In this document: in pieces, positions 1 to 12,564 of the stretch
How positions within the stretch are numbered: the first letter of the stretch is position 1
How the letters are laid out: every line of letters starts with the position of its first letter
NCBI GenBank assembly: GCA_964016885.1
Contig: OZ024747.1
Location: 88,040,001-88,104,000, forward strand
Direction of reading: 5' to 3'
From: Eledone cirrhosa
Lineage: Eukaryota
Length of the DNA: 64,000 nt
Translations under genes and position numbers: made by a program
Notes under the pieces: generated by a model
Seen by the model: only the letters and a program-made list of their open reading frames with translations
Databases searched by the model: none
What the model was told of the DNA's origin: nothing

Positions 1-116
1 ATCCAGGAGAGTTAACATCGTACAAATGAGTTACAATAAAACACATTTTTTATTAGAATACACATGAGCATTTTAAAGTCATTTTCCTTGCTAAAGCAGG
101 AGTTAGTCTTGTGGGC

Positions 117-258
117 CCCATGACAGGCTGGTTCCATATTCATTATGGGGTTCTTTTTAGGGAAATATTTTACAGTTAGAGGTTCTACCTGGTGCCAACC
201 CTTCTAGATGCCGCTTCTGACATGCAGGAATATAGTGTACCTATTCTAAACCAGATAC
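117..258. repeat. Dispersed repeat fragment (second copy at 54763-54898)
   Basis: Shares cccatgacaggct...catattcat.atgggg...tgtacctattctaaacca with 54763-54898. Confidence 0.6.
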
Positions 259-301
259 AGCACTTTTTAAATTTGAATCTCCAGTTGATATTGTGTCTAA
301 T

Positions 302-742
302 TAACCTGTATGCTAAATTCCTTGCTATGGTAATTGTTAATCCTAACTTTGCTGACTGCTTCCTTATACATGGTTTGTACAGCCTTCACAAGCCACTCAT
401 CTACTCCTAGTTCTCTAAGAGCCCACTAGATTATGGCATGGGGCACTCTGTCAAAATCTTTCTCCAGATCAACAACTGCTAGGTAGAGCGTCTTACTTTT
501 GGCTAGGTATTTTTTCTGTACTGCTTCACCAGGAAGAGAGCATCTGTGGTACTTTTGCCTGGTACAAATCCGAACTGCATCTCATCTAGATTTACCTGAT
601 CCTTAATCAGCTGTGCTATAACTCTTTCTGTTACTTTCATGATCTGGTCCATCAACCTGATGCCTCTATAGTTTCCTGTATCTTGTGCATCTCCTTTACC
701 TTTGTAGCAGTTGACAATGATGCTGCTGTGCTAATCATTCAG
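302..742 (-). mobile_element. RTE-clade LINE reverse transcriptase fragment (decayed)
   Basis: Minus-strand translation gives IVNCYKGKGDAQDTGNYRGIRLM...QFGFVPGKSTTDALF...DLEKDFDRVPH...LGVDEWLVKAVQTMY. These are RTE-type RT motifs, interrupted by stops and a frameshift. Confidence 0.9.
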
Positions 743-767
<25 letters not shown>

Positions 768-773
<6 letters not shown>

Positions 774-1152
774 CAAGGGCGATTTGTTAAGTCTTCATTA
801 TGTTTATTGATTGGTGATGTGCATTTCGCTATTTATCAGCACAAGGTTCAATCTGTATCGATCTGACCCAGCTCTGGAATCAAAAGCTCATTGGACCCCT
901 GCTGTTGTAATGACAGCAGAGGTCCGATGAGCTTTTGACCCAGAGTTGGGCCAGATCAATATAGATTGAACATTGAGCTGATCAATAGCGAAATGCGAGT
1001 CACCAATCAATAAACATAATGAAGGCTTAACAAATTGTCCTTGTATTATTATATTACACCCTGTTTAGCTCTACACCTCGCCACTGACATGAACCTAAAC
1101 CTTGAGTGCTCACTTGGGTGAACCTACAGTAACTTCATGTTACACTCCCTGG
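768..1152 (+). mobile_element. Fold-back element in (TA)n, probable Penelope-like terminal-repeat remnant
   Basis: Imperfect palindrome 768-1049 centred near 909, a unique tail to ~1152, TA tracts on both sides, and a hammerhead-like motif followed by AATAAA. Confidence 0.65.
921..1004 (+). ncRNA. Degenerate type-I hammerhead ribozyme-like motif
   Basis: ggt-CCGATGA-gct...(long stem II)...agc-GAAA-tgcgag-TC-acc. The core deviates at U4 and stem I is only 3 bp. Confidence 0.4.
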
Positions 1153-1181
1153 ATATATATATAAATATATATATATATATG

Positions 1182-1460
1182 TGCAGCAAATTGGCAGAGT
1201 CGTTAGAATGTTGGATAGAATGCTTTGCAGTATTCGTTCCAGCTTTCTACTCTCTGAGTTCATCCTTTCGAGATCGATAAAAAAAAGTACCAGTCTAGTA
1301 CTGTGGTCGATTTTTCCTCTATATCTCTTTCTCATTCCCTCTCTCTCACTTTCTATCTTACTCTGGAGGAAATCTGCTGTACTCAGGCCTGGAGATGGTT
1401 GAGCTCTGCCAGGCTTAAAATGCCCAAGAAATGCTGTATATCAATACGGCGCCCCTATCA
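1182..1460 (+). mobile_element. tRNA-derived SINE family A, extended-tail variant
   Basis: Head ttggcagagtcgttaga...gagttca and core catcctttcgagatcgataaaaaaaagtaccag. The tail is shared with 28686-28958 and 35340-35645. Confidence 0.8.
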
Positions 1461-2469
1461 GGAGTAACATATATATATTTAAATTTGGAATTTATCAAAG
1501 TCATCATTGCACAGAACCAACACGAGTCTATGTATCTGAGACCACCCGATCAACACTCAATGATACTCAAAATGAATCCATTGTCTCATAGTGACAACAT
1601 AGACAGCATGTAGAATCCAGGTAAAAAATAACAACAATAAATACCCAGGAATATTATATATATATGAGACTTGTTGCTTGCAATATATCACTTATAGCAA
1701 TTTATTTATCTATTTGTTTATTTATTTATTTATTTAAATTCTATTTGGCACCTTGTCAATAGTTGTATTTCAAAGCCGCAGGAAAGCTGCTATTCATTAT
1801 CAGGCAACAGGTATTTCATGCAAATATTCAACATAAATGTTTCTTGCCAGTTTATATGTTTTAATACTAAGATAATGGAAACTATTGAATATTCTTGCTT
1901 TGTTTGCATGTTTATATATAATTGATTTGTAACACATTAGCGATTGGTCCAATGATGGAAATCAGCAGCTAAACAGTGATGTGGTTGTTATTCCAAGTCC
2001 CTTCTTGTTTATATTTTTTATAATGTTTTTTTTATACTTATTATCTGTTGTTCATCTGTGCATACTCGTCATCATCGTTCCCCCATTTTGTCATATATTC
2101 ACTACAGTGTTGGCTGCTATGTTAGTCCCAGCATGTTAAAAACCTAAAAATTATGTCTGTGGCTGCCATGTATATTTTCTGAAATCTCCCCAGTTATAAC
2201 TAAGTACAAAGGAATGCATTCATTTATTCTTTTACTGGCTTCAGCCAATGGACTGTGGCCATGCTGGAGCATCGCTGTTTAAGGATTTAAGCAATCATAT
2301 TAACCCTTGTATTTACTTTAGTCTTTTACTTATTTTAACAATCCCTGTTTGTTGAATTGAGAAAATACAGAATATATAGATACCAATGTAAACAATAGAC
2401 ATGAAGATATATATACATACATATATATACATAAAAACAATCATGCAAACATACATGCTGATTGCTACT

Positions 2470-2960
2470 TCTTGTCAGAAGAGTGCCCATTCCATCATTG
2501 AACATTGCACGATCATATGCACGCGGGTAACATTTCATACCCACTTTTGTTTTGCAGGTACGTTCACAGATATGACACTTGAACTGTCTGTCTCCTGGCA
2601 AAACTTGCTGAGGTATGTCTTCATGCATTTTTCCCTGTCCACACTCACTCTAAATTTACTATGGAGTGTGTGTGGCAATAGAACCATGTCACAGTTGGCT
2701 CGATTTCTCCCCAGCTTGTGTCATTTCAGATGGTTAACAAAACCAGCTCTTGTTAGATGAAATCAGCCACATACATTGCACTTCAACTCCTGCTGGATTT
2801 TTGCAGGCATTGCACTTAAGCCCTGCTTATGAAGTGAATGCTTCAAAACAGCATGCTCCACTCATTTTTTCTCAAAGACATCCATACTTGATGATCATTC
2901 TCCATGACACACGGCCTTCAACCAATGTCTCCCTGGGTTTCTGCAGTTTTCACAAACAAG
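2470..2960 (-). mobile_element. RTE LINE 3' fragment with terminal zinc-finger-like motif
   Basis: Minus strand ETLVEGRVSWRMIIKYGC and FKCHICERTCKTKVGMKCYPRA resemble the RTE/BovB C-terminus. Confidence 0.7.
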
Positions 2961-3307
2961 GTATTATTCAATCTGAAGCTATAGTAGAAAGCACTTAACC
3001 AATGTAGCACACAGTGGAATTGAACCCAGAAATATATAATTTCAAAGCAAATTTCTTAACCACACCACACCACAACCATACCTCTAGCAATGTGTGTTTA
3101 ATAAGAAAGAATGTATGATGCATTTGTTTGTTGATATCTGTTATAAATGTCTCATGTGCATGTATGTAGTGTGTCCAACATTCTTCTTGGTATCTTAGAA
3201 ACATCATCATCATCATCCCACCACTACCAGCAGCAGCAACACCACCACCACCAGATTTGCCTGAGTAAAGCTGGTCTTAGAAGTCACCATAGAAGCTATA
3301 TACATCA

Positions 3308-3316
3308 TGTATGTAC

Positions 3317-3347
<31 letters not shown>

Positions 3348-3372
3348 TGTATGTATGTATGTATGTATGTAC
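3308..3372. repeat. (TATG)n microsatellite
   Basis: Direct inspection. Confidence 0.95.
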
Positions 3373-3799
3373 ATCTAAACTGCAGTTATTTTCCTTGCAG
3401 AGCAATCAGCCTCATACGAATATAGACACAGAAAGTTGGTTTAGTAACTATTGATTTGGTAATGAGTAAGTAATAAATATTAAAATGCAGTCTTAGTTGA
3501 TACTCCTTTTTATTGATTTTTATTTACTACATTGCTCTAATTAACATTGGTTTTTTTTCTTCCACCACAAGGAAGATTTTCTATGATAGAATATATCAAC
3601 TAAAAAACAACAAAGGACAAAATAAAGGTGTGAAATAAATCAAATTTTTTTTTTTAATTTTCAATTCTTCTCTGAAATTAATCTAGGTTATTTATTTCGT
3701 TTTTACTGCTAGACTTCATTAACTTTTTATTTAATTCATCTATTACGTATTTACACGTTCTTTCAATATTGATCTTATCTTATTAGAAATAGTTATCCA

Positions 3800-4880
3800 G
3801 TAAGAAAATGACAGTATTATTTCAGTGGCTAATATTATTTTACTCATTTTAGTAAACATGGGAGACAAATACAGGCATGTTTCTGTTATATTAGACCTTC
3901 TCAGTAAAAATTAGACTTCAGTATATTTGCTGAAGTAGAAATGAGAGAAGCAAAAAATAGACATGCAATATTGTACATGTGTAGGTTGAAAAAAGTAGCA
4001 TATTTGGAAAACAAAATCATTCAGAGACACCATAATAGTAGTTTAAACCTTTAACATTTACATTACTCTATATATACTATTGTATTTTCGAGAACAATAC
4101 CTTAACATCAGTATGAGTGGCTGGTTACGACTGGTTTGAAGAGAAAGAGGTGAGAGAATTCTGGCTGGATATGGTCAGTTTAAATGCTGAAGGCTTAAAT
4201 CCAATTCAAAATAGTTATGAAGTGAGGAAAAGACAACATTAGATCAATGAATATTTTATTCATTTCAGCAAGTATGGGAGATAACCATGGACATGCTTTT
4301 GTTATATTATACCTCCTCAGTAAAGCATAGATGTCACCAAATTTACAGAAGTAGTGATGAGAGATATACAATATTGTATACGAATAGACTAAAAAAAATT
4401 AGCATATTTGAAAAGAATAAATTAATGAAGTTAATTATTCTGAGGCACTATCATCATTGTCATCACCATTTAGCACTCATTTTTTCTGTGCTTGCATCAG
4501 ATACACGGATCGTCCACATTGGGAGACAAGGACTGTAAATTTGCCCAGGGATTTTACAGCTGGATGCCCTTTTAATACCAACCACATTTACAGTGTGGGA
4601 CTTGATGGCTCTGTTGGGAGGAAGGATAAGCCAGTTGGCTACACTGAACCCATCTCACAGCGAAACCATAGTTTTGGAACCCAGTACTGAATGGCATTAC
4701 TATGAGCTACATGAAAAAACAATAGTTTACATATCTAATGTAGTGAGCATTAAAAATCCAATTTGAAATACTTATGTAGTGAAGAAAAGACAACAATAAC
4801 TCATTCAGTAATATTGTACTCATTTCAGCAAGTATGGGGGACAATTCTTCATCATACTTCTTAAAGAAGTGATGAGAGAA
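3800..4880 (+). repeat. Three diverged direct copies of a ~200-bp unit
   Basis: tcattt(c/t)ag(c/t)aa..atggg.gac/gat ... gaagt...atgagaga recurs at ~3840, ~4255 and ~4815. Confidence 0.65.
4043..4198. mobile_element. piggyBac-type MITE family 1 (internally deleted copy)
   Basis: TTAA flanks, degenerate CCCTTTAGCATTTA TIRs, internal sequence shared with 11 other copies. Confidence 0.8.
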
Positions 4881-5894
4881 TTATTAAGGAACTGTACAAT
4901 GTTGTTCATATGTTAATCCTGGCTACATTTTTTTTAATCAAGCTATAGCTTGTCTCAATTACAGTTAACTTATTTCAAACCAGTCTTATATTTTCATTAG
5001 ATTTTGTTTTGTTTGTTTCAACTCATATTTAATCTAATTTTCTTTTATTTTTGCAGCTTCATTTTACTAGATTATTGCTTGTTATATGTTTTATTTAACA
5101 TAGCTAAGCTTCGCTCCAGTCTTAATGTATCATTTCAATAAACATATATACTTGACACATGCAAGTAAACTTGGCACAATTTACTGAAGATGCTTTTGTT
5201 GTGGTGCTGTTAAGCACATATCAGTAGATTGTGGTAGTGGTTTTGGCATATAATGCTCCTGTTTTATTTTTATTGTTGATTATGATGATGTTGTTCTTGA
5301 TAATGGTGTTGTTTTTGTTGATGTTGTCTTTGTTTAATTTCATATCAATTGTGATCGAGTAGACCTATAATAAAAGAAAGTATTCCAGTCTTGGTGACGC
5401 CATTTTTTTTTAGTGATATCTATCTAGGATTGCATTAGCCAATATATTCCTTCCTTATTTAAGACAGTAGGATTGTGATCTAAGGGAAATTGGCTGTGAA
5501 ATTGAGACTTTGTCGTGTTTTTGTTGTAATCTTTCTTGGTAACATAATCCCTACCAGCACCATTATCAAAGATATTTTTCAATCATATATTTTTATTGTG
5601 TTTTTTTCTACAAAATATGATGTTACATGTCAATGAAACCTTGGAAGTAAAAGTAAAAATATTCATAGAAGAGATATGAGAAAACGTATTTGACTTTAAT
5701 CTATTGAATATATAATATGAATTTGAAAGACAGATTGTGGTGTGTGGATCTGTTGGGAAAAAGGGAGCTGCTGAGCCACCCCACCCCTAAACTACCACCA
5801 GATATACCACCAGCAGAGACTCAAAGATCCATCAACCCTCAAAAGTAGAGTAAAGAACACCTGGGCATCAAAAGTAATCTTCCCAAAAACTAAA

Positions 5895-5990
5895 CTTTGC
5901 ATCTTCAGCCCAGGATTGTATACGATGGTGGAAGGTCATCAATGGCCTGTGTTCCACAGAGAGTGATGGGGTTGAATGAATGAATGATGC
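5895..5990 (+). mobile_element. RTE-like LINE extreme 3' end with (TGAA)n tail
   Basis: Translates as AQDCIRWWKVINGLCSTESDGVE*, followed by tgaatgaatgaatga. Confidence 0.6.
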
Positions 5991-6104
5991 ATATAAGAGG
6001 TTTTAAGCAATACATTAGAGATAAATGGATAGTTAGATAGACAGATAGATAAGCAGATAGGTAAGTAGGTAGATAGTTAGGTAGATAGATAGATTGATAT
6101 ACAT

Positions 6105-6135
<31 letters not shown>

Positions 6136-7572
6136 GAGAGAGAGAAGCAACTATTAGAATGATTCTGAGGATATACAAGGAGAAATAAATTATGCATATT
6201 GACTATTACAAAGATCTTCCAAGATATTTTGAGTAATTTTCTTATCTTGGCTTTTGTAAAAGGATAAGCAACTCTATAGAGCCAATGGGCTGATGTAAAT
6301 ATTTGTGTTTGAAACTGAAGCTCAATATCCCCTAATTCAGTTTAAGGGAACCACTTAATGTAATTAGATCTAATAATGAGTTGTTCATGAATAGAAGAGT
6401 AGTAAAGTAATTTTCTTATTGCTGCTGTTGTGGTTGTTGTGGTTGTTACTGTTCTTGTTCCTATTGTTGTAGTTACTTTTGTTGTTGTTGCTGTTGTTAC
6501 TATTGTTGTTTAGTCTCAGGTCAACTCTGATTGAGAAAAGTTAGTTATGATCAAAATCTAGACTTTGAAAACAGGTGAAAATATATACTTCTTAGGTCTG
6601 TGTAAATGAGGTGATTAATTTCATTTGCATATGAAGCTGTGATGAAAAAACTATATATTTTTGTCTGTTTTCAAAGTCCAGCAGTTGCAAGAGCGGGAGA
6701 GATCATCCTGACAAGAACCAGTTGAATTCAAAATGCATCGACAATTTTCCTCTTGCTTCTGCCGGCCACTGCTAGGTGGCATTAGCTGCCAGTGTTTTTC
6801 ATCGCTATGGCTTTCTAAATGTTTATTTATAAACATACCTTATTTCTTTAGAAATACGAAATTTATATATATATATATTATGGTGAAATAACCCTGTCTT
6901 AACTACTCTTTTTGATAAATGAATACTCCATCAATCCTAGCCACCAACTCTTAGCCAGGATAAACTACTGACATGAAGTGCTTGGACTGGTTTATCCTCA
7001 TGAAGTTACAATCTAACAACCACATATAAGCAACTTATCTTCTACAATATATATATATATACGTATAAATATATATATATAAATATATATACATGTATTG
7101 AGTTAGAAACTCAAAATAGTCTTTTACAATTAAATAGCTCAAGGAAGGGAATCTTTCCGAGCTGTGTAATACAATTGAATATATTAGAGGAATGAACACT
7201 GATACAAGTATACATGTGTTCGAATTGCAAATGACCAAGTTAGCTAGGTTGAAAAATACTAATTTAAAACAATATGGTTTGCCTGTCTCGATTTAAAGTA
7301 ATAAATCAATAAAAATAACAAACCTATATTGGGCAATCGCCGTTTGATACCCGGACAGATCTAAATCTGTTTCGTAACAATTATTAAGTGAAAGCCACCA
7401 TTCCTGTGCTCTTCTGCGGGTATCCAGGAAATTCATACCTTTCACTTCAAAAGATCTAAGAAGACTGAACTATGTGTTGGTAAACACACGTTACAGCGCC
7501 TAGCGCGTCTCATACTCGTGCAACTAAAAATAGTAGCCAGTTTTATGGGACTAAAGTTAGCATATATATATA

Positions 7573-7603
<31 letters not shown>

Positions 7604-7824
7604 TAGTTTTGGTAAATGTTAGAAGCAGGCAATCTTATAATTTGTGGGAAAGATATCTATAGAGAGATAAACACACTTACTGGGTAAGACAATGAAAGAC
7701 AGAGACAATAGCAAATAAACCTTAAAAGACTAAACCAATCCCTTCTTCATAACTAATTTTACTTTTCATTCTTTCGACTAGTATTTGTTAAGAGAGTTTA
7801 GAGATATACTGTAAAAGTGTAGAC

Positions 7825-7975
7825 ACAGCATGGCTGAATGGCTAAGCTCTCTTGCAATCATAAGATCTCCAATTCGATTCCAATCCACAGCATGCCATCC
7901 TTTTCTAATGTCTTTTAATATAGTCTCAGATAAACCCAAGCTTCATATGTAAAATTGGATAAATGGAAACTGTCT
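7825..7975 (+). mobile_element. tRNA-derived SINE family C (decayed)
   Basis: Head catggctgaatggctaag...ttcgattcc and tail ttggataaatggaaactg, shared with the 12880, 27750 and 52120 copies. Confidence 0.6.
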
Positions 7976-8071
7976 ATAACCAACAGTTTTTCATTCCATC
8001 TATCAGTATTTTTAAACTTTTAACATTCTATAATGAGAGAGCAGAAAATATTTAAAAATGGGTTTGTTAAT

Positions 8072-8265
8072 TTAACTCTTTAGCATTTACATTACTCTAT
8101 ATTTACTACTATATTTTCATGGTAAAGGCTTTACCCCACATGATTATCTCACATAATATCGAATCTATGAGATTTTGATATTTATTTTGAGAACAATATC
8201 TTAACATCAGCAGCCAGTTATGACCAGTTTGAACAGAAAGAGGTGAGAGAATGCTAAAGGGTTAA
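8072..8265. mobile_element. piggyBac-type MITE family 1
   Basis: ttaa-ctctttagcattta...atgctaaaggg-ttaa. Confidence 0.85.
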
Positions 8266-8694
8266 ATGATTACAGTATCTTTGTTAGTGACTTTGTCTGT
8301 AGCCTTAGATAAACCCAAATATTGTGCTAATTCTACCTGAGAATCCCATTAAGGGGACACATGTCTATGGAATACTCAGCCTTTTACAAGCTAATTCAAT
8401 GAAAAGGTAGACCAGTTGATTAATCTAATGAATAACCATCATCAAAACCAATGGAAATCCATTTTACATTAAAAATTCTTTTGTACTGTAAAAAAGGTTG
8501 ACTTGGTCGACTCTACACACAACGATGCTTTTGGGTCATTGGCTTAGGATGACCCCGGCCTCATTGAGCAAGAAGAAGAAGAAGACTGTAAAGGTATTCT
8601 AACAGAGGAGGGCTCAAATATTAGAAACATGTTATTGTCTTCATTTTTTTGTAATCTTACCTACTGTTGAGATTTCCATCACAAGAACTATCAC

Positions 8695-9010
8695 CCGTCA
8701 TTACAACTATTGTAATCCCAACCACCATCACCATCACTGACACTGCCACCACCACCTCTACCACTGATACTATCACAACCACTGCCACAACTACTACCAC
8801 CACCACCATCATCCCTATCACTGCTGCCACTACCACCACCATCACCACAGCCACCACTATTACCTCCACCACCATTGCTGCTGCCACTGATGCCCCTATC
8901 ACCGCCACCACTACTGCCACCATCACCATTTCTGCTGCTACTGATGCCCCTACCACCACAACCACAGCTGCCACTATCACCACCACCACCCCTACCGCCA
9001 TCACAATGAC
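8695..9010. repeat. Degenerate (ACC/ACT)n low-complexity tract
   Basis: Trinucleotide decay that produces the Thr-rich and Val-rich ORFs on opposite strands. Confidence 0.85.
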
Positions 9011-9723
9011 ATTCATCATGTCTTCATTTTCCTCATCATGCAGACATAGATGTACAGAGATTAGTTTATTAACATATCTCCTTTAAGTTTGGTTCCGTGT
9101 TAGTTTTAGCTTTGCTCTAAACTATCCCCATACCATTTCAATCAATAATCAATAAAGATTGGCTATAAATATGGTACTAGTTAATGCAAGAACAATAATA
9201 TGATAATAATAATAATATACTATACTGTCGTAATGATTTCTTCCCAGGGCACAAGGCCAATTTTGTAGACAGAAGTGTATAGTTGTTTAGATAAACGTCA
9301 GTATATCACAGACACAGGTACAACACAAATATTCCAGACTTGTGATAGATTATCTATTTTGCTGGACTACATAAAAATGTCTTCAAAGCACATTACAAAG
9401 TTTGAAAAACTACCCCTACCTCTCAACTATAGTAATATGAAGATATAAAGGTTTAAAATTATATGTAAAGGCAGGCAATAACCTCCTAATGTGAACTAAC
9501 TATTATGGGGCTTCATGGAAAACTTAAATGAGCGGCCGTAATTGTATCCAGATAAAAAGAGGTGCTGAACTAGCAGGTGTGGGAAAATAGATCTTATATC
9601 TTCACTTATTTTATAAATATCAGGTAAGGGAGAAGAGGATAAATGAATATTGATATGATTTGAACTCAAAATTATATATCCCAAAAACTAAACACTGTAA
9701 AACATTTTGTCTGCTTTTCTCCT

Positions 9724-9849
9724 ATGACTAACCCAGGCTCTGCTGCACTTCGGGCCGAGGAGGGCAAACTCTCCAAATATCGGTCACTCTTCTACAGGTT
9801 TGCAGTTGAGCCCATGGCAGTGGAAACTTCTAGTGTCCTTGGCCCTAGA
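9724..9849 (+). mobile_element. Restriction-like endonuclease C-terminal fragment of a CRE-like non-LTR element
   Basis: PGSAALRAEEGKLSKYRSLFYRFAVEPMAVETSSVLGP matches the AA..AE..K..KY...F.P.AVET.G..G pattern. Confidence 0.7.
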
Positions 9850-10386
9850 CTAATCACTACAATTAAATTGACCAAATTGATCCCTCCCAATTCAGAAATG
9901 CTTCCACTGCCCTTGTACTATGTTATGACTTATAATTCCAGTTTCATTCCTCAGGTGATGTTTAATAAATTTGGGAGATATGCTTATAATTTGATAAATT
10001 TTGTTACATTAAGAATCTGATCATTAGTATTTGACTTATGCTAAGCAGTTTCAGCTTTATGCTCCAAAGACAAATCACATTTTCTTTAAAAATAGAAATT
10101 TATCGGAGAGTATGTATGAGTGTAAGTGCAGTTAAACCTATATCTTTTGTGTGTGTGAATGCCTATATCTTGTGTGTGTGTGTGTCTATGCCTGTATCTT
10201 TTGGGTGTGGTGTGTTTGGATTTTGTATGTTTTTCTGACCTTCACTGTTGGGGATGTGTTTTCGTGTGTGAAATGAAAACTTATTCAGTTCTAAAAGTCT
10301 GTTTATCTGTTGTTCAAGTTGAGAATTTTCCATTATCTTCTTTCTATACAACGTTTATAGAGGATCTGTCTAAGTGAATAGATGTG

Positions 10387-10421
<35 letters not shown>

Positions 10422-10669
10422 TATGTATGTAAAAGGTAAACAGAAATGACAACACAATCGGTATAGTATATAGAAGGGATATATTAGGTTAACGCTTGAT
10501 ATAGCATATATATATAATAATAAAGTGTCATTTTGAATGTATGAAACATTTTTATGTTACATCTAATACACACACATACACAGACACACTTTCATTTATT
10601 ATTTTACAATTTCAGTCATTAAACTACCACCATGCTATGGCACTCCTTGATATGTATAAATATATATAT

Positions 10670-10815
10670 AATTTAATATAGAAATGGCTTCTACAGGACT
10701 AGAACTGTTTCATTTGAAATATATCAACAGGAAAGCCATTTCTATATTAAATTTTGTATTTACTCTACTAATGTATTGAGTACTTTACTTTCTGTGGTTA
10801 CTTCTGATTGAACCC
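10670..10815 (+). mobile_element. Short fold-back Penelope-like remnant
   Basis: 21-bp inverted repeat (10670-10690 / 10733-10753) beside a TA tract. It encloses only the 3' half of a hammerhead motif (GAAA-tata-TC, 10716-10725). Confidence 0.5.
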
Positions 10816-10966
10816 AGAGCACACACACACACACACACATACACATATGCATACATACATACAAACATATATATATGTAGAAGAGATATTTAATTTGTTG
10901 GAAATCTAACAAATATAGATGTTTACAACTGATTCAGAGCACTCGACAGATTTCTGGAGTAAGTAT

Positions 10967-11248
10967 TCAATGATATTAAATAAATGGAAACTATATTTAT
11001 AAAACCATATTTATTCTATTAAATTTTGGTACGCTATCATCAAATAAAATACAAAATGTTTTATAAATATTTCCAGGGATAACTTGAACCGTTAAGGTAT
11101 ATATTATCTTTGGTCATGTCAAATATTTATAAAACATTTTGTATTTTATCTGATGATAGCCTACCAAAATTTTTGGTACCCTTGAAATATATATAATAGA
11201 ATAAATATGGTTTTATAAATATAGTTTCCATTTATTTAATATCATTGA
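10967..11248 (+). mobile_element. Fold-back element with hammerhead motif, probable Penelope-like remnant
   Basis: Long arms tcaatgatattaaataaatggaaactatatttataaaaccatatttattctatta and their reverse complement; the left arm has a deletion; TA-rich flanks. Confidence 0.7.
11142..11203 (+). ncRNA. Type-I hammerhead ribozyme motif
   Basis: Stem I tattttat/atagaata, CTGATGA, stem II with taccaaaa/ttttggta (mismatched at its base), GAAA, palindromic tatata, TA cleavage site. Confidence 0.6.
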
Positions 11249-11278
11249 TTACAAACATATATAGATATTTATATACAT

Positions 11279-11317
<39 letters not shown>

Positions 11318-12069
11318 CAAGACAAGGTCACCTGACCTAACATCGTCCACACACAACAGGACAACCCGTCTAACCCATGCTAGCATGGAAGAATGGACGT
11401 AAAACGATGATGATATATATAATCAATTAGAGTATGTGTTAGTTAATCACTGACACTTTTGTATGCAGAGTAGAACATTCGACAAAGTACACAAGTGGGT
11501 CTCTTTACTCCGGAGTATAATTATAATCATGATGTACATGTCAGTGGGTTAAAATTCACTTCATTTATTCATAATTGCTGTTATATATATTTCAGTGATA
11601 ACCGTTAGGCAAGAGTGAACCTGCAGCAATTTCAACAGAACATCAATGGCATCAATATCTCCCTTCTTGGAGGATATATTTAAATAAAATGTGACATTTT
11701 TCCAGTGACTGATTTTTTAGCCCAAATTGTGACTTGATTTTTGTTTACAGTTTATCGTCTAACCTATGCTAGCGTGAAAAATGGACGTTAAACGATGATG
11801 ATGATGAGTAACTGGTATGTCAGATGTGATTGATTATAGGCATTTAAATAAAAATACAGATAAGATAAGAATTACATTTAAGTCTTCCCCTCCTTATAAA
11901 GCAGAAAGTGTATAACATTTGAAAAATCACACCAAGTATCTAAGAAAAAGAAAAACAAAACCCCATAAATTTGTCATACCACAACAAAGATCCTGTAAAA
12001 CGAATGTCAAGTAATATCAGTAGCATTCAATATATGATTTAGATGGCTTACTAATTATTTTTCTAAGTT

Positions 12070-12482
12070 CAAACCCTTTTGTTATCATATTTCTAAGGAT
12101 AACAAAACACCATATTTGAATTAACCCTTTAGCATTTAAACCAGCCATATCCGGCCAGAATTCTCTCATCTCTTTCTGTTCAAACTGATTGTAACTGGTT
12201 GCTCATGCTTATGTTAAGGTATTGTTCTCAAAATAAATAATATCAAAATCTCATAGATTCGATATTATGTGAGATAATTATGTGAGATAACGTGTTTAAC
12301 CATGAAAATACAATAGTAAATATAGAGTAATGTTAAATAATGAAAAATTTGAAGGGATTTACTCAAATTATTATTTCTTTATTAAGATGATATTTTAATT
12401 TAAATAGGAACCATTTAAAATAGATGGTTTTGTTCTATAGAACCAGTGGTTGTTTTAAGTGAGTTGCTATCAAAAGTGTTAA
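12070..12482. mobile_element. piggyBac-type MITE family 2 with nested family 1 copy
   Basis: Ends cccttttgttatcata...gctatcaaaagtgttaa match the 62405-62636 copy. Confidence 0.6.
12121..12336. mobile_element. piggyBac-type MITE family 1
   Basis: Left end ttaacccttttagcattta; right TIR truncated. Confidence 0.85.
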
Positions 12483-12564
12483 AAAATAAAGCAATTTCTT
12501 TCTTTTTTTGGTGTATTGAATAATCCCTGTTAAATGTTCAAAACATCAATTGTATTGCTTGTTA

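Noticed and set aside
6765-6783. CTCF-like motif ctgctaggtggca
   Set aside because: Several mismatches to the consensus; expected by chance.
6957-6998. 11-bp hairpin with ctgacatga in a TA-flanked insert, possible hammerhead
   Set aside because: No GAAA or stem arrangement remains; too degenerate to call.
8667-9086. Thr-rich mucin-like ORF
   Set aside because: It arises from a degenerate ACC/ACT microsatellite that is open on both strands, with no convincing splice or domain context.
11443-11552. Short inverted repeat ttaatcactgaca/tgtcagtgggttaa, possible Penelope remnant
   Set aside because: The core motifs are not recoverable.
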